Positions 1 through 19,618 of a stretch of DNA of 64,000 nt are shown here, piece after piece. How positions within the stretch are numbered: the first letter of the stretch is position 1; every line of letters begins with the position of its first letter. The translations under genes were made by a program, and so were the position numbers. The notes below the pieces were generated by a model. The model did not search any database, had not been told where the DNA came from, and was given only the letters and a program-made list of their open reading frames with translations. Origin of the DNA: Blastocystis sp. Blastoise (Eukaryota > Protista > Bigyra: Opalinata); contig JBBPEB010000030.1 in the NCBI GenBank assembly GCA_039096225.1, positions 434,001-498,000 on the forward strand, written 5' to 3'.

Positions 1-478
1 TTTCATTTCCCGCGATTAAACAACTCAATATTGCTATATATAAACGTATATTTAATCAAGAACCTGAAGAAGACAAAGATTTTAATTTTATTAAAGATTC
101 CCATGGGAATCAGAGTAATCCTCATCCTATTCTTATTGAATGTCTTGAAACATGGTGTATATAATATTTTATAGTCTATATTAATAGTATACTTAATATA
201 TATTATTTCTTTTACTAGGTAACTATATGGATCCCTCCAAAGATCTCTTATCCCTCATGTCTTCCCGCCTTATTTATCCCGCACTTTATTCATTAGAAAC
301 AATCTCTATTGAAAGTATATATATTAGTTATGAAATATTTATAACATAAAAATTTATGAAAATATTTTATTATATATATATATATAGATGAAGACATTGG
401 AGTAAATGGTGCTATTTATTTATATAAATGCATTTCCACGGGAATCCTACCCTTTTTATCGAATCTGACATTAAATAG

Positions 479-519
<41 letters not shown>

Positions 520-959
520 ATATATATATATATAGATGTCAATCTTGGTGATAATGGTTATATATATATACATAAATTAATTTCTATGAACTGCTTAACA
601 CATTTATCAACTCTAGAATTAAATAGTATATATATATAATAAGCTTATTATATTAATAATTATATACATATATATAATTTGACTACTCTATATATAATGT
701 TATAGAGAATGAATTAACAGATCGATCTGTTGATTTATTAATAGAACAAATACAATTAGGGTGTCTTCCTCATTTATGTACCCTTACTCTTTATGGTATA
801 TATATATATATATAAATAATAATATATAAATAATAATATATAGAATTATATTTCTATTAATATATAGATAATTCTATTTCCTTGTCATATCAAGAAAAAC
901 TAATTGATTTATGCTGTAACAGAACACAACTCAATATATTTCATCTTTTATGTATATAC

Positions 960-1036
<77 letters not shown>

Positions 1037-1223
1037 TATATTAATATATAGTATTTCATTTGCATGAAACAGAAGCTATTAAATATATTAATCATTTCGA
1101 GTCAATTCCCGCGAATATTCAGAATTTAACTATATCTAACAAAGAAGTGACTTCTAAGGATATTCCCTCGATTCTCATGGTTATTCGATATATTTATAAA
1201 TCACTTATAATACTTGATCTATC

Positions 1224-1293
<70 letters not shown>

Positions 1294-2282
1294 TTATATA
1301 TTTATTTATTTATATATAATTAACTATAGATAACACAATTGATGACGAAGGGGCGTGTCAGTTATTCACCTCACTGCCACTGTTTGTTCCTAATCTTAAA
1401 AAACTCAATCTCTCTTGTATATATTATATATATAATAGTAAACTACAAATATATATGTTTATAGATAATAATATTACAGATAAAGGAATATCCGTATTTA
1501 TGAATAGTTATTCCCGCGGGAATTACAATGTGTTAGATTCCTTTACTATTTATGGTATATATTGTTTTATTACATTATTATATTGGCTATTATTATAATT
1601 ATTAATTCATTATTATTATTATATAGGCAATATGCTTACAGAGAACAAGGAGCACGAACTCAAAATACTATTCCAAGGAACACAGATACACTATCTCTCT
1701 ACTTCAGATATGTACTGTATGCTATTTATCTAGTTTCAATTATTTCTCTTTTTCCCTATTTCTCTGTTTCCCTAGTAGAACAATATCCCGAAGCCACTGA
1801 TTTCATTCATTATATATATGATACAATTAATATATATACTAATTCTATTATTGACTTAAAAGGTATATATATATCAATTATTGTTTATCATTAAATTATA
1901 ATGAAATAAAAATATCATTCTATATATATAGGTCATTTATATAATGAATATATTCCTATGTTTACTCACTTTATAACCACGGAAATATTAGATAATATCA
2001 CAGTACTTGATATTTCCAATAACAGGTTGACAGCAGATAATTTAAAGATATTTATTGAAGCGATAAATATGGGGAAAATGAAGAATTTGAAAACGATTTA
2101 TTTCTTTCGTATCTATATATATAATATTAATTTTAGTTTTTATATATATTTATATTAAATTGTTTACATACTTCTAAATAATCGCGATTATAGAGAATTA
2201 CATCGGATTTGAGGGATTATATCTTCTTCGACGCCTATTGAGAAAATCAGTTAAGATTCTTCTCCTTGAAGAATACTGTATA

Positions 2283-2339
<57 letters not shown>

Positions 2340-2340
2340 G

Positions 2341-2394
<54 letters not shown>

Positions 2395-2811
2395 TATTAT
2401 TATTATATAGTTGTGGATCTTTCTCCTGAAGAGAAATCGGTTCTTACAAATATATATGTCCATGTGGATCCCAGAAAGAAAGAAAATATAGTCCTGCCTT
2501 GTATATATAGATAAATATATATATAATTAATTATTTATATATATAGTCAAGTCTATAAAATCAGACGGTTTCAACAGTATTCTGAATTGTGTTCAGGATC
2601 AATTATTTCTACCACTTAAACGTCTTATTTTAAATGGTATTTATATATATATATATTTATATATGTTTATACTTATATGTTATATATATATATATGAAAT
2701 TATATGCATAATTATATATATAGGAAATAATATATATTTGGAGGGTCTTAAATTGTTAGCTAGTTTTATAAGTAACAGTCACTTAGTCTGCTTAGAAGAA
2801 TTGAATATAGC

Positions 2812-2863
<52 letters not shown>

Positions 2864-3042
2864 AATAATTTTGGTCCTGAAGGTGCTATGTATATATATT
2901 CTATTCTCAGCAGTCTCTCTCTACCATTATTAAGAATATTCGATATATCAAGAAACAATTTGTGTAATGATGGTATTGAAGCCGTTGAAAAGGCGTTAAC
3001 AGAAAGAGGGTCTTCGAAACTGGAAGAAATTCATATCTTTTG

Positions 3043-3096
<54 letters not shown>

Positions 3097-3456
3097 ATAA
3101 TATGAGTAAGGATAAAGCTATTTCTTTATATGAAACTGCACAAAGTATTTCTCCTTCTCCTCAGATATATTCCTCAGAAACTTGGGGTATATATATAAAT
3201 ATAATATATACTATATATTATTAATAACTATTATAATAAATGTTTTTATTATTCCTATTGTTATTATTATATATATAGATAAATATCTCCCTAAGGAGAC
3301 TAGTTCCTTCTTGGCGGGCAGACTCCCGCTCTTCAATGATCAACGACTTACGGACATAGATCTACATAGTATATATATATATTATATATATTCTATATTA
3401 TTATATATATATTATATATATTACACAATATATATATTATTATAGACTAGTCTATG

Positions 3457-3500
<44 letters not shown>

Positions 3501-4122
3501 CGTATTAATATATATTATTATATACTATTACATAGTAATATAAAATAATATATATATAGGTATGAATTTGGGTACAGTTGGTACATATATATTTTCAATT
3601 TATTTATATACTGGTATATGGAACCGTTTAACTGTCCTCTATTTTGGATGTATATATATAATACTAAACATAATAATAAATATAATAATAATAATAATAA
3701 TAATATAGATAATAATTGTGGGGATATTGGTTGTAAGTCTTTGATTAATGCAATTAATCTTGGTTATTATCCGTCTCTCAAACAGTTATATATAAATAGT
3801 ATTCATTTATAATAATACTATATATACTAATAATACTATATAGATAATAATATTACTGATGATGGAGCAAACCATTTTATCGAATTATTTAGCACCAATA
3901 AATTACCTTTATTATCTGTGTTTGCAATACATGGTATAAACATATATGTTATTCATAAATATATAAATTTATATATTTATCTATATTTTCTTCTATATAG
4001 AAAATAAATTAAGCGACGAATGGCGGGAAAAGTTCAAAAACGCTCTCGCTCATCGAAATATCTCGATTTGCTGTTATTTAAACAATGATAATGATAATGA
4101 ATTTATATATACATCTTATTAA
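1..4122 (+). CDS. Leucine-rich repeat protein (RI-like/NLRC3-like LRRs), 5' end outside the window, about 20 exons
   Basis: Spliced GT-AG exons give repeated LRR units, e.g. NEDIGVNGAIYLYKCISTGILPFLSNLTLN, NNFGPEGAMYIYSILSSLSLPLLRIFDIS and NNCGDIGCKSLINAINLGYYPSLKQLYIN. Stop TAA at 4120-4122. Confidence 0.85.
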
Positions 4123-4156
4123 CTCTATTATTCTACACACTTTTGATCTTCTATTA

Positions 4157-4187
<31 letters not shown>

Positions 4188-4831
4188 CATTTTGATTATG
4201 AATATTGTATCCACTAAATATTATTTTGAATAGTATTGTTCATTTATATTATATTATAATAAGTTTTTGATTATATATTTCTGTTTTCTAAATATTCATG
4301 CTCATTATTCAAAATTTTGATTCTTTTGATTTGTTTATTATACATATATACTATTATTTTAATTATATTTATCTTTTGTCAGTTATTTTCTACTTAATCA
4401 TTTTTATATTATTCTTTAAATATTTATCCTTCCAATTCATGTATTTTTATTAATCTTATACATGTATTTAGTTTTCAAAAATTTTATGTACTGATATCCA
4501 ATAATATAATATTTTAGTTGATTATAATAAATATCTATTTATTAGCTAATATAACATTTATATAAATAAGAAAACATGAGTATAATTAATGAGGAAAAGA
4601 AAAATATGATTATTACTTTCTTATTAAATAGATTACAAAATAAATATGAGTTTGTCAACAAATACATATAGATCAATTGTAAAAATGAAAATAATAAAAA
4701 ATATATAGTTTAATATGAAAAATGAAAAATGAAAAATGAAAAACAGATTGACTTTTTAAATATTAAAAAAAAACGTAAATAAAAAAAGTTAAATATATAT
4801 AGAGAGAATTTGTTTAATCTATTCTATAGAA

Positions 4832-6295
<1,464 letters not shown>

Positions 6296-6914
6296 TATTA
6301 TCTCTGAAAAAGAAAATATATTAAAGAAATATTTCCAGTAATTTTATGTTTTTGAGACTTGATTTTTGTCTAGTTCCAAGAATATTTTCTAATTATTCTA
6401 GGACTGTTTAAAATGGAATTTAAGCATAAATGAGCAGAGCTTATCATTTATTAAGGTGTATAGATAATTATAAATCAGATCATGATTATGAAACAGATAT
6501 TAATATATAAAATCAATTACATATATTGTTATAAAAAAATATATTGCTTTTTGGATTTGTATTTCAAGTTAAAATAGCTTGTCTCAGATATCCATGGTAT
6601 TTGAGTATCAAATAATTATGAAAAAAAAATGATTTCTTTGTCTTTTCGTTTTGTATTCTATATAGTAGTATTTGAAATATTATTGAATAATGCTTATGAA
6701 CTGTTTCTAAAATATAGAAGAGCATGTATTCATATAACAAAAGTTATAATCGATTTGAGTGTTTAGCCATAACAGTAAATATTCATTATTATGTAGTGAT
6801 GTTTTCTGAATATGCTTAAATTATAATAATGCATTCTATAGATATCCTTTAAACAAAATTCATTAATTCTATATAAAATTATAGACAAATATATAAGAAA
6901 TGAATATTGATTCA

Positions 6915-9061
6915 TTAGACTTTAAAGAATATTTTTTGATAAGCCATAATATTAGCAAAGATAATCCACATACCAACACCCATAACAAATTGAGAAAGAA
7001 GACGATAGAAATGGGAATGAATAGAAAAATCATATCTATATATAGAATAATAATAATAATAATAATAATAAAGATAATAATAATAATAATAATAAAGATA
7101 ATAATAATAATAATAATAATATAGAATATATGTATATGTATATATATACCCAAAAGGAACTTTGCCAACAACGAATTCATGAGTCATATAAATAAATATA
7201 CTATTCATACCTACTGCTTTTATAGGAGTACCAGACCATATATGATATACATCAATCTATATTATATATATAAGAATATAATATTAATTCAACATAATAT
7301 ATATATATATATATATAAGAATATAAAAAAATTTGAACCATAAATATATATATATACCATTAAATAGAGAATAAGGAAAACACCATATCCTAGACCTCCT
7401 AAATAGAAGACAAAGCTAGTAGACCAAAGTGTTTTATTCATGGGAATTAGACCTCCATCACGATGAAATCCAGTTAAACAGAAAGCAATAAAAGTGAAGA
7501 ATACACAGAGGGAAGCGAAGGATATAGTTATATTCTTTGTAGCATTTGAAGATGTTTTAAAGGCTTTAAGAATATAGGTAATGTATGTATATATATAAAT
7601 AGAAATATTATTCTTATTAAAATATAAAAATAATAATATATATTTATATATATTAATTATAATAAATAATTAATAAAAGAAAATATTTCATCAAATAAAT
7701 ATATATATATATCATTATATATCATTATATAACTATATATATACGATAGTACCCATATAAGTAAGAACAATAGCATTAAGTGTTCCAAGAATTCCTTCAG
7801 GATCTACATCATTACAACCATATAAGTCTTTGCAGGTAGGGTAACGATAGAGATGAGGACCACCAAAGAGAGCATAGTAGAAAAGTCAAGGAGGAGAATA
7901 TATATAAGCTGAAAACATGTTATATATAGTTTAAGAATAGCATATATTCAGAAAAGAAATATAATAATAATATATAAAAATATAATAATAATATTTAGAA
8001 ATAATAATAAGAATAATTAGAGATATAATAATATTTAAAAAATAAAGAAATATAATAATATATTAAAACAATAATACAGAGAATCAAGGATATATCAATA
8101 GAACGATGAGCACCACCCGTACATTTTTCGTACAATCCGTCATCACCACGACCTCCAACTCCAAAATAACCTAAGAATAGAGTAAATAACAATAGTTACA
8201 AATATATATATATATATACCTATAGGACAACCTTCAAGAGGAGGGTAATATGCCTGTAAACAAAGATAACTATATATATTAATAATAATATTATTATTAT
8301 ATAATTACCTTATAGCACAAATAATTATGGGAATAACTTCAATAATAATCCTATATATATATATATTGAACAGTAATAACAATAATATAAGTATAAAAAT
8401 ACGAAAATTGTTGATATTTATTAAGTTTTGTAAATAGGGCATGTGTAAGTAGAATAACAATAGCATTGATACAATAAGATATCGAGAAATAGAAGAGAAC
8501 TATATATATATTTATTAAATAATTAATAATTGTTTTTTTAAATAGATAATTAATATGATAAATAAATAATATTATTATCTATATAGACTTAATAATATAT
8601 ATATATATATATACCTCCAGTAATACGAAGTGTTTCCCATTTGGTGAACCCATTATTTAGCCAGTTTAATAATAAAAGGATACATGTACGACGAACAATC
8701 TATATATACAGAATAATTTAATTATATAATACAAAGTATATAATAAATAATAATAAAACAAAAAAATATACAATATAATAAATATGTAATTAGATTTATG
8801 AATACTTTAACAAGAGATAAAAGGATAGAAACAAACACATTATGTTTCTTCATATATTTATTATAGCATGAAGGAATAGAAAGACGAAGAGAAGCACCCA
8901 TAATGTACATAAACCTAAAGAAAAGAAAAAAAATAGATTATTTTTCTTAATAATAATCCATAACAAACGTTTATTATATATATAGAATTACCATGGGAAT
9001 GCCATATCAGCGAATTCTACACCATTCCATGACGCATGCTCAAACCAGTGATAACCACCGC

Positions 9062-9138
<77 letters not shown>

Positions 9139-10019
9139 GAATATATATATATATACCATAATTAGCAAGAATCATCATGCATAAAGCGAAACCTCTGAAA
9201 ACGTAAAATCATGAAGGACATATATATATAGAGAGAGATAAAATAATAATAATATTATAAATATAAAATATATAAATGGATATATCAATAGAAGCAACAC
9301 GAGTTTTATTCTTCATAGCAAGAACTACCTATATATATATATATTGATCTATGAAACAATATATATATACCCCATTCATGTTTTCAACAGGAGATAATGC
9401 ATCTTCCTTCTTTTCTAATAATGGAACAGTATCCAATTGTGTTTCCTTCACGGTTTCCTCTTCAGTTTGAGTAGAAATAATAGGAGTTGTAGGATCTATA
9501 GATTTCTTTGTTAAACCAACAATATACTTTTTAAGAGGTTCATAAAAATTTTCAATAAGAATAATTAATAAGATGATTGCAAAGAAACAACCAAATAAAA
9601 TATAGGCAGAATCGTTATAATCATGACCTTCTCTTTCAGCAACTTGGTGATAAGGTTGATCAACAGATTGAAGTGTAAGAGAATAAACACCATATTCATC
9701 AAAAGTATATTGAAATAATTCAGTCTTATTTCCATCAATTTCAGCATACATCTCATAAGGAATTTGCATCCATATATCAGAATAATCAGAGAAGTGCTCG
9801 TCTACATCATCACGAATCACATCGAATGGGCATTTATAGCAATCAGAACGTTTGGAAAAGAACTTAGCGTTACCGATGGTTGATGCAAATCGTATATGAG
9901 CAATATCCATTCTAGGATTAGGTAATTCATCGGCAAGACACTAAAGAGTTAGTTGATAAAATATGTATGCATACAATGCCAACACAGAAAACAGCAAGAA
10001 TTAAATAAATATTCTTCAT
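6915..10019 (-). CDS. HGSNAT: Heparan-alpha-glucosaminide N-acetyltransferase (lysosomal multi-pass membrane protein), about 15 exons
   Basis: Signal peptide, then motifs RVASIDVFRG, NYGGGGYHWFEHASWNG..FADMAFPWF, DPEGILGTL, IPMNKTLWS and GMNSIFIY. Confidence 0.9.
7877..8093 (-). other. U12-type (minor spliceosome) AT-AC intron in HGSNAT
   Basis: Donor ATATCCTTG, branch TCCTTGAC, ends TTTTCTAC. Removal joins AHRSID|YALFGGPHLYRYPTC in frame. Confidence 0.9.
9203..9283 (-). other. U12-type AT-AC intron in HGSNAT
   Basis: Donor ATATCCATT, branch TCCTTCAT, ends GATTTTAC. Removal restores the conserved SID|VFRG motif. Confidence 0.85.
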
Positions 10020-10472
10020 ATCTGTCGTGTTATTTAATAAATAAATATATTAAAAAGAAAAAAACAAAAGTAAAGTACAGTAATGTTAATTAGAAAGAGA
10101 TTATTTTATAAATATCAACGGAGATACAAACAACTGTAGAGATACATTTAAACTGAGATACATTTTTTTATTTTTCTTTGATAAAATAAAGTTTTACTTT
10201 GTATCTTCCTGTTAATAAGTTTAGGTTTGATAGTGATATACAACATGATCAATAAGAAATTGTGATTTTTGATAATATAACAAATTGAGGTCATTCGATT
10301 AAATATTTATATTATTTTCTTTAAATTAATGTTGAGATTCATGTTTATATGTTGTGTTTATTTCAATATTATATTTAAATGGAACTAATTAACAAACAAA
10401 ATAAGATTAAAGAAAAAAAAGTATAAGAACAACGATATATATCTATATTTTTTTATTCATATCACTTTATGA

Positions 10473-14563
<4,091 letters not shown>

Positions 14564-15296
14564 ATTTTATTAGAAAGAAGATTTTTAAAAAATAATAATT
14601 TGTTTATATGAGTGATATATATATATTAATTATTAATAAAAATGATTATTCATATCATAGATGTAATTGTTACTTTAATTATGTAAAGAGTCACATCAAA
14701 ATAAAAATTGAAATACCTAATTATAGTTCATTTTTCCGCAATTCAATTAAAAGTCAACGTTTAAGAGTTTAATTACTTTTATGCACTATTCAAATGTAAA
14801 ATAATGCAAAATAAAACTTAAGTGATACTATTGAGAATATTTGAAGACCATATATTTAATAATCATCAATTTAAAATCATTTATAATCATCAATTTATAA
14901 TCAATTTATAATCATTAACTTATAAACAATTTATAGACATCATATATACCACAACGAAACTAAAATTCTGAGCTGATCCACTTAATCAAATCGCCAATAT
15001 GTCATAAAATCTTGTGGATATTATATAACAATAAATTTTGAAAATAAATAAAGACATAATTTGTGTTTCTTACTACGTTGTAGACAACTAATTGAACAGC
15101 TTAACTTTTTTTCAAGTTTTTATGATTCATTTATCATTATCCATATTACTTTGATTTCGAATATATATTAAAGTAAATAATCACTATAAGGATGACAACA
15201 CATTCATTAGGATTTCAAGTTCACTATCAAGAGGATCTAGAAACAATCATGAATGAAGCACATTAAACGAAAAGCTTGGTGAGTAACGCTGCTTAA

Positions 15297-15340
15297 TTCT
15301 CTAGAATATGCTAGAATGCTCGAGAATTCTATAGAAAACT
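15297..15340. promoter_or_regulatory. Heat-shock-element-like array upstream of the calmodulin-like gene
   Basis: AGAA four times at exact 10-bp spacing (ctagaatatg ctagaatgct cgagaattct atagaaaact), about 270 bp upstream of the ATG. Confidence 0.35.
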
Positions 15341-15609
15341 CAAAAATGATGAATATTTACTGAAAATGAATTCAGGACTATAACATAAAATGAAGAGAAT
15401 CATGAGAAAACACAATTCTTAGAGGGAGAATGATGAAAAAATCAGAATTTTCTTTTTGAATAGAGACGTTATGTGTGTCGTCTCTGAGAAAAGATACAAT
15501 AAAATACTTTAAAAAACCTGCAATTGAGAGAGAAGACTTACAGAAGAAGAAATATTTATTATTTTTTACTATATTAAAAGTTCTATAAACCCTATATAAA
15601 GTATTTAAG

Positions 15610-16161
15610 ATGTCATCAACAACTGTAGATTTAACTGAAGAACAAATTAATGAATACCGTCAAACCTTTGATCTTTTAGATCGTGATCAAAAAGGTGCTA
15701 TCAATCGTCAAGAGTTCAAAGCTCTTATGAGATCTTTAGGCCAATACCCAACCGATGATGAAATTGAAGAAATGATTAGCCAATTTGATACGAATAGTGA
15801 TGGACTGATTAATTTTGATGAGTTCCTTCAGATGATGGCAAAACAAATTCAAGCATCAGGTATATTATGACTATTTTTGATGTTTCTTTTCAATATGTTA
15901 TTTGTTATTATTTTGCTGATATTTGTTTATTATATCGTTTTCCTTTTTATAGAGAATTTTGATCAAATTGAAGAAGCTTTTAAATCAATAGATGTTGATA
16001 AAGATGGTTATATTACAAAGACTGAGTTACGTCAAATTATGTCTAAACTTGGAGAAAATTTAACAGATGAAGAATTAGATACTATGATACGCGAAGCAGA
16101 TAAAAATAATGATGGTAAGGTTGATATAAGTGAATTTAGAGACTTAGTGAAGACTGATTAA
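15610..16161 (+). CDS. Calmodulin-like EF-hand protein, 2 exons (15610-15860, 15953-16161)
   Basis: Four EF loops ([48 protein letters not shown]), plus LTEEQI and MRSLGQxPT. Too divergent to call canonical CaM. Confidence 0.9.
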
Positions 16162-16537
16162 ACGTGTTCTTTTTATTTCTTGTTTTATTTTTTGTATACT
16201 ATTATGAAATTATATAAGTCAAGTTTTATTTTTCAATCATTGTTATATATATGTTGTAGATCGTTAAAATCTTATAGTTAAACAACATCTTTTTTTATCT
16301 ATATATATGTATATATGTTATATGTATGTGTGTTTTATCTATATATACATATATTGTTGTTGTTTGTGTTTTAACATTGTTTATTGCCTTAAAAAATTAT
16401 TGCTAATTATTGTTGTTTGGTTTTTTGGTTTTTAGTTATTCACAAAAAAAATGATTCTTTATTTTATAACAAAAAATTTCCCAAATTTTTTGTTTGTGTA
16501 AAATTTTATACTTTATTTATTTAAAAATAAAAATAAA

Positions 16538-18263
16538 ATGTTTATTGAATTGAACATACCTTTCCAAGTAGTGAATAAAAACTTACAGCTTAGTTCTCAA
16601 GTAGTTGCTTCATTGACGAAATGTATTTGATGATCCTTATTCATTTAACATATATAGTGGGATATTCAGGTGTCGTACTGAATACAATCATTGAAAATAG
16701 ACGTGTTAAACAAGAAGATGTATATCTATTATGTATTCATTCATATTAATTTATATTTTAGGCTCCTCAAGAGATATCTATTGCTTCAAAATCAAGTGAT
16801 GTTCAGTCAGAAACGATGAAATCGAATTCTGAATCATCAAATGAGTTTCATATCTATCGTCGTTTGACTATTTCTACAAATACGGTTGAGGCTGCAAGCT
16901 CTATAGTATGTAAGATTGATTTCTTAAATTTTATATGTCTTTATTCGTTGAAATATATTTTTTTTATAAAAAATAGTAGAAATATACTTTTATTTCTATA
17001 TATACTTTTTAATGTGTTTTCATTACTTGATATTTAAAAATTATAGAGTTCAGGTTCTGCTAGTAAACAATATGATTTATTAGCGATTAGAACAGAAAAT
17101 CAGGCTGTTTTTGAATATGCATGTAAAGAAGTATATATATACTTTGAATATGTTCTAGATAAATTTATTTTTTACACAATTTATTTTTCTTTGTGTTTTT
17201 AGGCTAAAATAGATATTATAGAAATTAATTTTTCAAAGAAAGTTCCTTTCAAGTTAAATAAGAAAATTGTATATATAATATTATTGTTTTTTTTTAATAT
17301 TATTGCTTTTTTAATATTATTGTTTTTTTAATATTATTGCTTTTTTTAAATATTATTGAATGCGTCTCAATTTTTATCTCTATATGAATTAGTTTATATA
17401 TATATTGTATTTGTTTTGATTATACTATCGTAGATACTTCATCGATCGTATCCTCTATGTATTTTATTCTTTATATAGATTGATGTTGCTATTAATCGTG
17501 GTATTATGTTCGAATTACCTATAAGTCAATCTTTACGAGGTATATATATTTTGTTTTCTTTGTATATTTTGTTTTCTTTGTATATTTTATTCATTTTTTA
17601 ATGAATCTCATAATTATAAAATTATATTATAAAATTATATTATAATTATAATAGATCGTACTGCTAGAAAATTATTCTTTTCATTTTCTTATCAACTTAT
17701 CTTTGTAACTAGAGGAAATCATATCATATTTTCCAAGTATATATATATATAAACTAGTATCTATTATATTACATATCTTTAAAAGAGTATATACTATACC
17801 ATATTATTTTCAATATTATATATATATCACCATATAAATAATTCTATATATACTAGTGGTGATGCTATTCCTTTGGAACAGAAAAGTCCCCGTGATTATA
17901 TCATATTAGCTCAATTATTAGGAATTCCCTATGAGAAAGCAAAACGATGTCTTGTGGATAATGTTATTCAACTCTTTGAAAATGCAAGTATATATTATAT
18001 TATATTATATTTATATTCTTTTTTTAATATATCAATTATACTTTGATAAGAGTAATAAAAAAGTATATAAAGAATAGATCAATATTGTAATTCTTATACT
18101 ATATAAGAAGTTTCTGACTTTATTATACTATCTAGATAAACGATCTATTGTAAGTGATTCCTTTATTATTGAAGAAAATAAAGGAAATGATACTATAGAA
18201 TCCGAAGAAGCTTCAAAAGAACAAATAGAAGAATCGATGGATGATGATTTCTTAGCTCTTTAA
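16538..18263 (+). CDS. RPP30: RNase P/MRP subunit p30, 9 exons
   Basis: MFIELNI, LGYSGVVLN, IYRRLTI, YDLLAIR...FEYAC...IDII, AINRGIMFE, RGNHIIFS and SPRDY motifs. Confidence 0.85.
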
Positions 18264-18585
18264 AGACTACTATTTATTCTTCACTATATACAAATAGATT
18301 CAATATATTATATATGCATTATGTTTTTCTTCTTTTCTTCTTTATATTCTATGTGTGTTTGATGATGCTATTCAGTAATTGATCCTTCCCTTTTAGTTTC
18401 TTATTTATACTACATCTATTATATTAACGTTTATTCTTTTTTATTTCATCATTTTATTTCGATTTATTTAAATGAAATATAAATAACTATCTATAAAAAA
18501 CATAGAATAATTTAAACTATTTTGTAAACATCTTATTCTCTCATAAAGTAAAAAAAATATTTTTATAACTTTTTTTGTGTTTAAA

Positions 18586-19334
18586 ATGGTTTCATTTGTA
18601 CCACGTATATATGCTATACTCTATCAAAAATGTTCTATATTAATCTTTACTAGATAATTCTGGATTAGGAGCTGATTTACCTAATTACATTTGGACTCAA
18701 AGTTTAAATGACATTACATTAACGATATATATTGATGATAAAATACGAGCTAAAGATGTTGAATGCATTATAGAGCCGATGAAACTATATTTAAAATTGA
18801 AAACTGAAGATCATCCTATTATTAATGGTGAATTATTACAACGAATAAAAGTTGATGATTCCATGTGGTTTCTAGGTATATGTCTTCATGCATATTCTAT
18901 TTATTCATTGAATTATATAAATATATCATATATAGATGAAGAAAAAGGGAAAAGATGTATTAGAATAGTCTTAGATAAAAATAATGCACAAAATTATTGG
19001 GATTGTGTTATTTATGGAGATCCAATGATCGATCTATCAATATTAAATCCACCTACATCTCGTCTTGAAGATTTAGATTCATCTACTCGTCCTGCTGTTG
19101 AAAAAATAATGGTAATCATTTCTTTTTCAAATACTTTTTCAATAAGCATCATTTTTTTTTTATATAGTTTGATCAACAACAAACAGCTCGTGGTCTTCCT
19201 ACAAGTGATGAATTGAAAAAAAGAGATATCTTAGCACAGTTTTCAAAAGATGTATATATATTTATGTTCTCTATTCTTAGTAATTTTATATATAGCACCC
19301 AGAATTAGATTTTTCTGATGCAAAAATATATTAA
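18586..19334 (+). CDS. NUDC: NudC-family co-chaperone (CS domain plus C-terminal NudC helix), 5 exons
   Basis: GADLPNYIWTQSL, IKVDDSMW, VEKIMFDQQQTARGLPTSDELKK...HPELDFSDAKI. Confidence 0.85.
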
Positions 19335-19618
19335 AGTTGATCCTATTTTATAAAAAATTAAAAACGAAATAATAGCTAGAAAGTGGATGGTTTTGTTAAT
19401 CACGGATCAGGGAGTAATAGAACAGGATAATAATATAGATATATATAAAGAAAGGAACTAAACAATAAGTTCATCAGTTAAAAATACAATAAAGAAATGA
19501 AATTATGAGATAATAGTCTATAATACAAGTTTATATAAGAATAGCACGATACCATCTAATAAATTTCACAACATATACTAGCTAAAACATGCCATTAAAT
19601 TCCCCAAATAAAGAAAGT

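Noticed and set aside
8674-8684. GTATCCTTTT and other U12-donor-like strings (also near 4857, 7520, 30432, 43222)
   Set aside because: They lie in continuous coding frame (e.g. RRTCILLL, KYPFLI), and no matching branch site and acceptor is needed.
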